From IMG/VR virus record IMGVR_UViG_3300045988_038078, positions 1 through 36,671 of that record: DNA of 36,671 nucleotides. One strand, given 5' to 3'. The notes under the pieces are model-generated. The model was not told the origin of the DNA. It searched no databases and was given only the letters and a program-made list of their open reading frames with translations. The position numbers were made by a program, and so were the translations under genes. Below, in pieces: positions 14,831 to 22,568 of this stretch. This DNA is from a virus. Numbering within the stretch: the first letter of the stretch is position 1; every line of letters starts with the position of its first letter.

Positions 14831-16843
14831 TTAATCGTCCTTTTTATAATAGTAACTTTCGAATCCTTCGGCCTTTAAAGGTATGTCGAAAACCTTTGCC
14901 CAGTCCGGTAAAATGCACATTGCAATACACACGTCATCGAGGCTTGGACCGCCATCCTCCAACACTTCGGCTATCAGTTCATCGTGGATGTGACCGACAA
15001 TTCCGCCATAGTAGGGGTCCAAAGATAATACATTTTTCAACGCGGACGCCATAAGATCGCGTGAAACGGCTTGAATTAAATTTTCAGTCAGCTTTCCGCC
15101 GTATGTATCCAACTCGCACCAAGCTCCCACGGGATGCCCTTTATCGGCGGTTCCGGCGATGCCGTAATAACATATAGCCTCTACCTCCCTTGTGTCCCCG
15201 TTCGGGTATCTGATGGTCTTTGGCTTGATTGATGCGTAGGGATAATGCAGGGACCGACCGGATGGCAAGCGCACGCCAAGCGTATTAAACTGTGGTATCC
15301 AGTAGAAGGTACAAACCGTTCTACCCGCTATTATTACCGGAACCTCCCGTTTGGCTAGGATGGCACGCTTCGCCGAATTTTCTAGGGTGCGCCATAATGC
15401 CACGATGTGGGGGGATGCGTCCCTCCATTTTAAGATAATTCCTTTAATATCCTCTTCGGGGATAGCTCCCTTTTTATCCATTATCTTGATAGCTGATACC
15501 CATCCGCCGTACCCTAGTGCTAGCTCGGTTACCTTACCCTGTTGGCGGTACGGCGAATGTTTGTCAATCTTGGATTCATCTAAACCGAACGTTCTTGCGG
15601 CTGATGTTATATAGATGTCCCCGCCTTTCCGGAACGTTTCGACACGCCATTCTTCATTGGCTAGACAAGCGATTACACGGGCTTCGATCGCTGAGAAGTC
15701 AGCTACTTTAAACTTGTACCCCTTGCGGGCAATGAACGCCGTACGCAACAACTGAGATAGCAAATACGGGATGTTATCGTAGAATAACAGTAGGTCGTCT
15801 AGCTCCATGCTCTTAACGGCTTCCCTTGCCGCCTCTAGTTCTTCCACCGTTTTGAAATGGTTTTTCGCTAGGTTCTGCATTTGGACCATGCGACCCGCCC
15901 AACGTCCGGTACGGTTAGCTCCGTAGAACCGGAACAAGCCCTTAACGCTACCATCCCGGCAAACACAGTCGAGCATCGCACCGAACTTGGTTACGGATGT
16001 CTTGTACACGATTTTGCGTGCCTCTAGCACCTTCGTTACATCTTCGTTATCACATTCTTTGATGATACTGTCTACGGTGTCTTTGTTGATGGAATCGAAA
16101 TGTTTCCCGGTGAGTTTAAGGATGAACGCATCTATCTGTTTGGATGACTTTAGGGATGTTATTCCGAATTCTCTCTCTATTTCGCTTTCGATTCTATGGA
16201 TATACTCATCAAACAGTACTTTTGCTTTTGATGCCAAATGAAGGTCGATCCGACTACCACGGTCGTTAATTTCTTGGTCAACGCTATAGTTTTCTATCTC
16301 GCTTTCCGGTATTTCGATGTGGCGCAATTTGCTTTCGATTTCACGTTCCGATAGGATATCATACTTTAGGTACTCCTTGAAAGCCTCCCATTTTTCCGGG
16401 TAATCTTCCGGGTAAATGCGCTTTCCCTTTGCTTGTGGGTGGCAAAACAACTTGATAAGGTTCAGACCCGTGTCTAATTTCTTGTCGGTTAGCTTCATCG
16501 CTTTAGACACTTTCCCCAATGATTCGGGGAATCCTGCATATAAGGACAGGGTAGCCGTACAACGGAACTTCGTAGCCGGGATGTCATAACCGTATTTACG
16601 GAGACAAAGGCGTTCAAAGGTAGCGTTGTGGGCATATATAAGGGTATCAGATGCTGTTACCAGTTCGAAGAACTCCGTAGTATCCTCATACTGTGTAAGG
16701 TCTATTTCATGGACCCCTCCATCATCAATGGCGTAACCGATAAGCAATATTTCGAAAGCGTCCGATTCGGTGTACTTGTACATGCCGCCTTTTTTGATGT
16801 CTACATCGGAAAACGTTTCGAAGTCGATAAATACTTTTCTCAT
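14831..16843 (-). CDS. Family A DNA polymerase with N-terminal 3'-5' exonuclease
   Basis: Exo I FIDFETFS, Exo II YAHNATFE, Exo III KYDILSE. Pol motif A KVADFSAIEARV, motif B RQQGKVTELALGYGG, motif C GHIHDELIAEV. Confidence 0.9.
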   Translation of the reverse strand: MRKVFIDFETFSDVDIKKGGMYKYTESDAFEILLIGYAIDDGGVHEIDLTQYEDTTEFFELVTASDTLIYAHNATFERLCLRKYGYDIPATKFRCTATLSLYAGFPESLGKVSKAMKLTDKKLDTGLNLIKLFCHPQAKGKRIYPEDYPEKWEAFKEYLKYDILSEREIESKLRHIEIPESEIENYSVDQEINDRGSRIDLHLASKAKVLFDEYIHRIESEIEREFGITSLKSSKQIDAFILKLTGKHFDSINKDTVDSIIKECDNEDVTKVLEARKIVYKTSVTKFGAMLDCVCRDGSVKGLFRFYGANRTGRWAGRMVQMQNLAKNHFKTVEELEAAREAVKSMELDDLLLFYDNIPYLLSQLLRTAFIARKGYKFKVADFSAIEARVIACLANEEWRVETFRKGGDIYITSAARTFGLDESKIDKHSPYRQQGKVTELALGYGGWVSAIKIMDKKGAIPEEDIKGIILKWRDASPHIVALWRTLENSAKRAILAKREVPVIIAGRTVCTFYWIPQFNTLGVRLPSGRSLHYPYASIKPKTIRYPNGDTREVEAICYYGIAGTADKGHPVGAWCELDTYGGKLTENLIQAVSRDLMASALKNVLSLDPYYGGIVGHIHDELIAEVLEDGGPSLDDVCIAMCILPDWAKVFDIPLKAEGFESYYYKKDD

Positions 16844-16864
16844 GACTCTTTTTATTTTTTAATT

Positions 16865-16898
16865 AAAAAAGGGTGGCGTGCTTCTACTCACACCACCC
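16865..16898 (-). terminator. Rho-independent terminator/attenuator between the SSB and polymerase genes
   Basis: Stem GGGTGGCGTG (16871-16880) / CACACCACCC (16889-16898) with one mismatch. On the minus strand it is followed by TTTTTTAATT, 25 nt before the polymerase ATG. No promoter match lies between them. Confidence 0.65.
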
Positions 16899-16996
16899 TC
16901 TGCACACTTGTTACTTATTGGTTGTTAAATAATAAAATGGATTAAATAAAATGGGTGACCCTCTTTTGGTTAGGCGTGGTCTATTCCTATTTTATG

Positions 16997-17563
16997 TTAT
17001 TGCAATAACGGGTCATCTCCGTCTTCCGATTCATCGTCGAAATCATCTTCCACGTTTCTGGCGCCGCCTCCAAATGCGGTATCATCTTTTACCTTCTGCA
17101 AACCATTCAGCCCGAATGAAATGCCCTTTCCGGCAGCATTGTCATAGACATAGGCATCAATCGAGGCAACTCCCCAAGAACCGGAATAGATTTGTTCTTT
17201 CTTTGTCAACGGCTGTTTGAACTTGTCAAGTAATAGCGGCTGTCCGTCTGATTCTTTACGGTAAGCGGAAATCATGATATAACCGAAGTTTTCGCTACGT
17301 GCGGTATCGTCACCGTCTTTGATAGGATTCCACTTTTCTCCGGCTGCTCCGGTGGTAGGGATGTTGAATTTCGGATGTTCGGCTTTATATTCATCCTGTA
17401 ATTCCTTGATGGTGCGGTTTACTTTGGCAATCTGTTCCTTGTCAGATTTCGGAATGAGCAATGTTACTTCGTAACGAGGATTACCACTGTTGAATGCGTC
17501 TCTTGCTTCGAATACCCGTACCCATGAAAAGCGTACATTCTTTAAAACTAATTTTTTTCCCAT
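16997..17563 (-). CDS. Single-stranded DNA-binding protein (DUF2815-like)
   Basis: N-terminus LKNVRFSWVRVFEA resembles DUF2815 phage SSBs. Acidic C-terminal tail DDFDDESEDGDDPLLQ. Position between the DUF2800-like nuclease and the polymerase fits. Confidence 0.6.
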   Translation of the reverse strand: MGKKLVLKNVRFSWVRVFEARDAFNSGNPRYEVTLLIPKSDKEQIAKVNRTIKELQDEYKAEHPKFNIPTTGAAGEKWNPIKDGDDTARSENFGYIMISAYRKESDGQPLLLDKFKQPLTKKEQIYSGSWGVASIDAYVYDNAAGKGISFGLNGLQKVKDDTAFGGGARNVEDDFDDESEDGDDPLLQ

Positions 17564-17589
17564 AATCGTAAATTTTTAAATTTGTTGTT

Positions 17590-17668
17590 ATTACTGTTTC
17601 TTTAAGACTCTGTAAATATAAGGCAAGTTTTTGATACTTCCTAATTTTGACAAAACTATTAACGTTGA
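17590..17668 (-). promoter_or_regulatory. Promoter region for the SSB gene (partial third copy of the cassette upstream block)
   Basis: AATTTTGACAAAACTATTAACGTTGATTAAC matches AATTTTGAACAAAGAATTAACTTTGATTAAC of copy 2. Candidate -7 boxes on the minus strand are TAGTTTTG (17658..17651) and TATATTTA (17620..17613). The -33 element is unclear. Confidence 0.45.
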
Positions 17669-18841
17669 TTAACTTTCGATGTCGAAATCACTTGATACAT
17701 CGTACTCCTTGCCGTTATGGCTGTCCGGTACAAGTTTAGGTGCTCCGGGCTGAGATTTAACGTATTCACCCAATTTGGCGGTGAAAACCCTCTTTCCTAC
17801 TAGCTTCTCTAGGTCGGTGATTCCTTTCAGACTGATATTCAGTACTTCGTCCTCTAAGTATTCTTTGAGAAGGATGTTACGCACCTTATCGGGGTCTACT
17901 ATCTTCCGGGCTGTCCGTCCTTCAACTAGCTTGTACCCTTCCCATTTCTTCCCCTTCATAGCTTCACTATACGCGTACTGGTTGAGCGATTCAAGCCATG
18001 ACTTATACCGATCCAGTTTACCAAGCATATCGACTATCTCTTCATCAGTCATAACCAATGTGTCGGGATGTTCCTCGAAGTCATGGGCTATTTCGTCCTT
18101 TTGCGCTCGGCATGTGGCTTTCACCGGGCAAAACTGGCACCAACTTCCTACCACCTGCTTTCCCTTCCCTTCGAACGCTAGCTTGGCTTTAGGCTGCAAT
18201 ATCTTCGTAGCCCATTCTAGCAGATCGGGGACCGACATTTCGATAGTATCGTAGTGGTGTAATCTAGGCTGTCCCACTGACATACGAACGTACTTGATAC
18301 TTCCGTTGTTGAACTTGGCAAGCGCGCCGAGTGCGTACATTTTGAACTGTGGGCTTTCCGCCGGGATCTTCACCCCCTTTCCATACTTAAGGTCTATGAT
18401 GTGCAGGATAGAAGGGGATAACAGTGTAACATCGGCACTACCGAACGATTCCGGTGCGAACTTAGAGATATCTAGCTTTTCCTCTAGATAGGTTGCCACC
18501 GATCCGCCTAGCGGTCCCTTCTGCATCTCGTAGAATTCTCCTACCACGAAGTTAACGTATTCGCCTACCGCATCCCTCATTTCCTCAGAAAAGTACTTGT
18601 TTTTGGCGATTTCATCCGGGACGGGCATCTCATCGCATTCGGGGTAGAACGCTCCATCTATCCAACTTTTCAGCGCATATTCCGCCAATTCGTGCGCTGT
18701 CGTACCTTCCTCGGCATATTCGCTTGTCTTGCTTCCGGCGGCTTCCACTAGGCGTGCGGACGGCGTGCAATTAAGCCAACGTTCGGAGGATGAAGGGGAC
18801 AGAACAGCGTGTCCCCTTTCTGAATGATTTATGCTTGACAT
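17669..18841 (-). CDS. PD-(D/E)xK / Cas4-like nuclease (DUF2800-like)
   Basis: N-terminus AVLSPSSSERWLNCTPS. Core IIDLKYGKG. C-terminal Cys cluster WCQFCPVKATC. Typical neighbour of DUF2815 SSB and PolA. Confidence 0.7.
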   Translation of the reverse strand: MSSINHSERGHAVLSPSSSERWLNCTPSARLVEAAGSKTSEYAEEGTTAHELAEYALKSWIDGAFYPECDEMPVPDEIAKNKYFSEEMRDAVGEYVNFVVGEFYEMQKGPLGGSVATYLEEKLDISKFAPESFGSADVTLLSPSILHIIDLKYGKGVKIPAESPQFKMYALGALAKFNNGSIKYVRMSVGQPRLHHYDTIEMSVPDLLEWATKILQPKAKLAFEGKGKQVVGSWCQFCPVKATCRAQKDEIAHDFEEHPDTLVMTDEEIVDMLGKLDRYKSWLESLNQYAYSEAMKGKKWEGYKLVEGRTARKIVDPDKVRNILLKEYLEDEVLNISLKGITDLEKLVGKRVFTAKLGEYVKSQPGAPKLVPDSHNGKEYDVSSDFDIES

Positions 18842-19608
18842 ATCAATGCGTAAAAGTCGTTATAACGTTCCGACTGCAATGTCCCGAAGTTAGTTGCTCC
18901 ACATTCGGCGAATGCGTCCGCTACTACTTGGCGTTTTTTCAATCGGATTAACTCGGTCGCTTTCTCTCTCAGCATCTCGATCGTCACTTCCGGAAAATCT
19001 TCGGCGGGTGCTGCTTCTTCCGGAACTTCTTCTGCTTCCTGTGGTTCAATAGCTTGCGTCTGTGGTGCGTTCTCTTCCTCGGTTACGGTTTCCTCTTCCT
19101 CGGTTACGGTTTCCTCTTCTTTGGCTTCGGCGTTGATAGCGGACAGCAATAAGCCTCTCAGTTTGGTGTTCGTATTCTTGCCGGGATGTTCCGCCGGGTC
19201 CACGTTGAAATGTCCAGTTAGGATGTCATAAAGAACCTGTGTAGGAACGTTTTTCATTTCTTCCTCAGACATTGCCACTACGGAGTCAAAAGTGTAAACA
19301 TCACCTTCCGATTCTTCTTTTACCTGTGTAGCTTCTACCGCCTTGTCCGCCAGTTCCTCGTGGGGAATTTCCTCTACCACTTCGGCGGGTGCCTTCTTGC
19401 TTTCCATGATCACGGCGGGTGATTCCTCGCTTTTCATGATCACCGCTTTCGCTTCTTGTACTTCGGGCTTCCCACCTTTGTAAATCTTCCCAAAGGTGGG
19501 AAGCCCGTTTGCTTGGTTACGTTCGTTCGCTACCGCCAAAAGGAAATCGGATGCACATTTCAATTCGTTACCTAAACTCTGCTCGTCAATGCTAATCGTT
19601 ACTTTCAT
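18829..19608 (-). CDS. Highly acidic low-complexity protein with internal repeats (259 aa)
   Basis: Glu-rich. Two perfect 21-bp tandem units at 19075-19116 encode EETVTEE twice. A second repeat reads KAVIMKSEESPAVIMESKKAP. Confidence 0.6.
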   Translation of the reverse strand: MKVTISIDEQSLGNELKCASDFLLAVANERNQANGLPTFGKIYKGGKPEVQEAKAVIMKSEESPAVIMESKKAPAEVVEEIPHEELADKAVEATQVKEESEGDVYTFDSVVAMSEEEMKNVPTQVLYDILTGHFNVDPAEHPGKNTNTKLRGLLLSAINAEAKEEETVTEEEETVTEEENAPQTQAIEPQEAEEVPEEAAPAEDFPEVTIEMLREKATELIRLKKRQVVADAFAECGATNFGTLQSERYNDFYALICQA

Positions 19609-19610
19609 GA

Positions 19611-19796
19611 TTACTGTTTTTTAAAAGTTAAATATTTGTTAGTTATCTCGTTTTCGTCTACTCGTATCTTCCCCTGTTGGTTCTTATACTCGCTTAGATG
19701 ACCTTGCCGGATTTTGTACCGGATGGCATTTTCCGTCAGCCCTATCATGTGGGCGGCTTCGCTAATTCTAATCAGCTTTGGTTTTACTTCTTCCAT
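19611..19796 (-). CDS. Small HTH DNA-binding protein (excisionase/MerR-like HTH_17 type, 61 aa)
   Basis: LIRISEAAHMIGLTENAIRYKIRQGHL is a typical helix-turn-helix of this family. Confidence 0.7.
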   Translation of the reverse strand: MEEVKPKLIRISEAAHMIGLTENAIRYKIRQGHLSEYKNQQGKIRVDENEITNKYLTFKKQ

Positions 19797-19798
19797 TT

Positions 19799-20104
19799 TT
19801 AAAAATTCTTAGATTTGTGAAACGTACTCAAAAAATCTTTGTAAGCCATTTCCACCGCTCCGGCGTAAACCGAACGATACTTGTTAGCTGTTGGATAGAT
19901 GAACGCACGAATTTTAAACTCAAACTTTTCTCCGCCGTCCTCCCTCGCTAGCTTTTCACGAAATAACTCTTCGGTCGTTAGCCGAAACGGGGAACTGAAC
20001 TTGTTATATACGTCTGTGGCTTTTAATTGCGTATTGATGTGCAACCAAGCTTCGTCGTAATAGAACTTCTCTAGCTTGCAAAGATTAACTCTCTCTTTTC
20101 TCAT
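19799..20104 (-). CDS. Hypothetical protein, first gene of the early operon (101 aa from ATG 20104; the track start at 20122 is TTG)
   Basis: ORF directly downstream of the promoter-like element at 20203-20233. Confidence 0.5.
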   Translation of the reverse strand: MRKERVNLCKLEKFYYDEAWLHINTQLKATDVYNKFSSPFRLTTEELFREKLAREDGGEKFEFKIRAFIYPTANKYRSVYAGAVEMAYKDFLSTFHKSKNF

Positions 20105-20202
20105 AACTCGATTGTTTTGCAAATGACCCGTGAACGCTCGTATCGTTACTTTTGCGCTGCCTCGGAGGGTTGACAGCCCGTTTCATTTGTAATTCGATAC
20201 TG

Positions 20203-20233
20203 CAAAGATACGGCTTTTATTTGAATCTGCAAC
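20203..20233 (-). promoter_or_regulatory. Bacteroidota-type early promoter
   Basis: Minus-strand -7 box TATCTTTG (20210..20203). The -33 is imperfect (TTGC, about 19 nt upstream). The leader to ATG 20104 is about 100 nt. Confidence 0.5.
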
Positions 20234-20269
20234 AATTTAGGCAAAAGGAACCGCATCATTAACTTTTCT

Positions 20270-20705
20270 TAGGGATTCGGGGTGATTTTGAGGCGTGGAT
20301 AGATAACTATCCGTTATAAACGGTTGATTCCTAGTGAGTTGAGTAATTAGTGGATAGATTAAAATGTGTTAAAAAACCACGTAAGTTGCTGCAAATCAGC
20401 GTTTTATGGAAAAGTGGATAGATAGGCGCAAACTTCTCAAGAGTATAGCGTAAAAGTGTGTATGTTGATTGATAAATAATCTACACAAGCTAAAAATACA
20501 CACTATAAAAGTTTTCTCATACATACATGGAAATTACCTATCCTACCTATCTATATTGTTATAAAAGCCTTTAGATTAGCAAGTTACGAGGATAAGTGAA
20601 AAAGTGTTTCCTATCTGTATAAATGTTAATCCCCTGCAAATCATCGACTTACAGGGGATAGGACTTTGGATAGGTTAATTTATTTAACTCGATTTTGCTA
20701 TCCCG
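20270..20705. repeat. Noncoding box array B, collinear paralog of 4575-5110
   Basis: GGATAG at 20297, 20352, 20416, 20656, 20668. CTATCC at 20307, 20538, 20698. GATAGG at 20421. CCTATC at 20546, 20610. Blocks shared with array A include GATTCGGGGTG, TAGTGGATAG, AAGAGTATAGC, CCTATCT..AAATGTTAA and ACTTACA..GATAGG. Confidence 0.85.
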
Positions 20706-20708
20706 ACA

Positions 20709-21275
20709 TTACAATTCAGCACTAAATCGGACGTGTAACCGTGATTTTGGATTCTGATTTGTGACTGTGGTCTGTATTTTGGGCTTTCCAATTCTAAAAA
20801 ACAAGAACCTTTTCTGCTTAACATGGCTAATTACGTCTAGCGTATCAACGGAACTAAATTCTAATTTGGTAGTATCGGGGGAAATTACGCCACTAATTTT
20901 GTTCCAAGAATCATCGTAGGAGAATTTATACTGGTTCGGGACCTCCGTTTTCTCGGTTACTACTACCGTATCTATCCGTAACTCTGATTTTATGGTGTGT
21001 ACCGCCTTAACGTCCCTTAACTTTAGACATAGGTTTGCCACCTGTTCTGTTAAACGACTGTTAAACAATTCTAGCTCATTACTTTTCAAAGTTAGGGCTT
21101 GGACCGTCTCAGCATCCTTTCCCGCCTTCGTTTTGAACCGGGTAGCCTCGGTGTTTAGGGCTTCGATGTTGCTATCTAGCCGCCGTATCTCCTTCCGTTG
21201 GCTTTCCACCTTATTATATAAGATGCCTACTACTATGAGAAGTAGTAGGCAACCTGCGATTAAGTATTTGCTCAT
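20709..21275 (-). CDS. Spanin-like / lysis accessory protein (N-terminal membrane anchor plus coiled coil, 188 aa)
   Basis: N-terminus MSKYLIAGCLLLLIVVGILY, then a heptad-rich segment QRKEIRRLDSNIEALNTEATRFKTK. ATGA-coupled to the amidase gene. Confidence 0.4.
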   Translation of the reverse strand: MSKYLIAGCLLLLIVVGILYNKVESQRKEIRRLDSNIEALNTEATRFKTKAGKDAETVQALTLKSNELELFNSRLTEQVANLCLKLRDVKAVHTIKSELRIDTVVVTEKTEVPNQYKFSYDDSWNKISGVISPDTTKLEFSSVDTLDVISHVKQKRFLFFRIGKPKIQTTVTNQNPKSRLHVRFSAEL

Positions 21276-21778
21276 GGCGTGACGATTACGTTTTTCATGA
21301 ACGTTCCATATTCCGCCCTGACATCATAGCAGGGACACATCTTAATGAACTCGTATGGTTCGATCTCGCCGCTTCCGTTCTTATCGGGTGACGTGTCGCG
21401 GTGTCCCAATAGCTCCACGATAGGATAGCGTTTACATATGTCGTTGATTAGGTCTATCAACGCCGCTTTCTGTTCCGGCGTGCGGGTATCCTTCGCTTTC
21501 CCCGCCTTGTCCAAACCGCCTACGTAGCAGATACCGATTGAATGGCGGTTATACGATTCTTTAGAGAATCCTTTAGTATTGCAGTGGGCGCCGATCGCGG
21601 TTTCATTCCTACCCTTTTCTACCTTACCATCTAGGCGGATAACATAGTGGTAGCCGATACCGTTAAAACCTCGCTGCTTGTGCATGGCATCAATCTCCTT
21701 TGCGCCGATATCTTGCCCTTCCCTAGTGGCTGAGCAATGAATAATAATGGCGTCTACTTTATTGCTGTTGTTGATCAT
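21272..21778 (-). CDS. N-acetylmuramoyl-L-alanine amidase endolysin (Amidase_2 / PGRP, T7-lysozyme-like)
   Basis: IIIHCSAT, GYHYVI, AIGAHCN ... HSIGICYVGG, LLGHRD, MCPCYD (zinc ligands His, His, Cys). Confidence 0.9.
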   Translation of the reverse strand: MINNSNKVDAIIIHCSATREGQDIGAKEIDAMHKQRGFNGIGYHYVIRLDGKVEKGRNETAIGAHCNTKGFSKESYNRHSIGICYVGGLDKAGKAKDTRTPEQKAALIDLINDICKRYPIVELLGHRDTSPDKNGSGEIEPYEFIKMCPCYDVRAEYGTFMKNVIVTP

Positions 21779-22016
21779 CTTCTTTGTTCCTTTCTGTGAA
21801 TTCTTTTAGCGCATTATGAACGCGCCCGTTTACGTAGAGGTACACACCGAATATAGACCCGGCGTAAACCAAACACTGTGCGAAAAACCATAAAACCGAA
21901 TCATGAATGATTCCCAACGGTTCTACCAAGAATCCCGCAACTGACAAACTTACTCCCGCGATAAGCATTCCTACCGCCGTCCAAACTTGAATATCTTCCT
22001 TTGTTTCCCTTTTCAT
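21759..22016 (-). CDS. Holin candidate (85 aa, two TM helices, charged C-terminus)
   Basis: VWTAVGMLIAGVSLSVAGFLV and VLWFFAQCLVYAGSIFGVYLYV, with the tail KEFTERNKEDDQQQQ. Immediately upstream of the endolysin. Confidence 0.6.
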   Translation of the reverse strand: MKRETKEDIQVWTAVGMLIAGVSLSVAGFLVEPLGIIHDSVLWFFAQCLVYAGSIFGVYLYVNGRVHNALKEFTERNKEDDQQQQ

Positions 22017-22028
22017 AACCTCAAAAGG

Positions 22029-22568
22029 TTAAGTAATAAAGCAAACTCGGTAAGGTTTCACCGGATTACGACAAGCTTCTTCGGGTGGATCATTGGCGGC
22101 TTTATACTTCTCCCACACGTCGTGAAAATCTTCTATAAAGGCGTCCGCTTTTCCTCGCTCTTCTTCCCATCGCTTGTTTTTGTTGTAATCGGGAATAACT
22201 ACCGAATTGCCGTATTGTTGTATCTTTAATCCTGTTGATGTACTCTTTTGATCCGCCGCTTTCAGATAGCGGACGAAAGCGTAGTAACATAGGATCGTGG
22301 AAAGGGGAACGATATTATAGGTGTTTCCGTCTATTACAACATCCAACGAATAATTGGAATCAGAATCAGTTCCGGCGGGGATATCGGTCATACCCTCTCC
22401 GCCCCCCAAGTCACTAGGTACTGAAAAGAACGTATCGCCGCAAAGAGCTATCTTTATATCCAGCTTGTCTGCTTCTTGGATACTTTTGTTGATCTCAATA
22501 TCTTTCACGTCCGCCGCTATATCAAATAGTTCACGGAACTTTTTAAGTACTGGTGCAAAACTACTCAT
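22029..22568 (-). CDS. Hypothetical virion-module protein (179 aa)
   Basis: ORF between the portal and the lysis genes. No recognisable motif. Confidence 0.5.
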   Translation of the reverse strand: MSSFAPVLKKFRELFDIAADVKDIEINKSIQEADKLDIKIALCGDTFFSVPSDLGGGEGMTDIPAGTDSDSNYSLDVVIDGNTYNIVPLSTILCYYAFVRYLKAADQKSTSTGLKIQQYGNSVVIPDYNKNKRWEEERGKADAFIEDFHDVWEKYKAANDPPEEACRNPVKPYRVCFIT

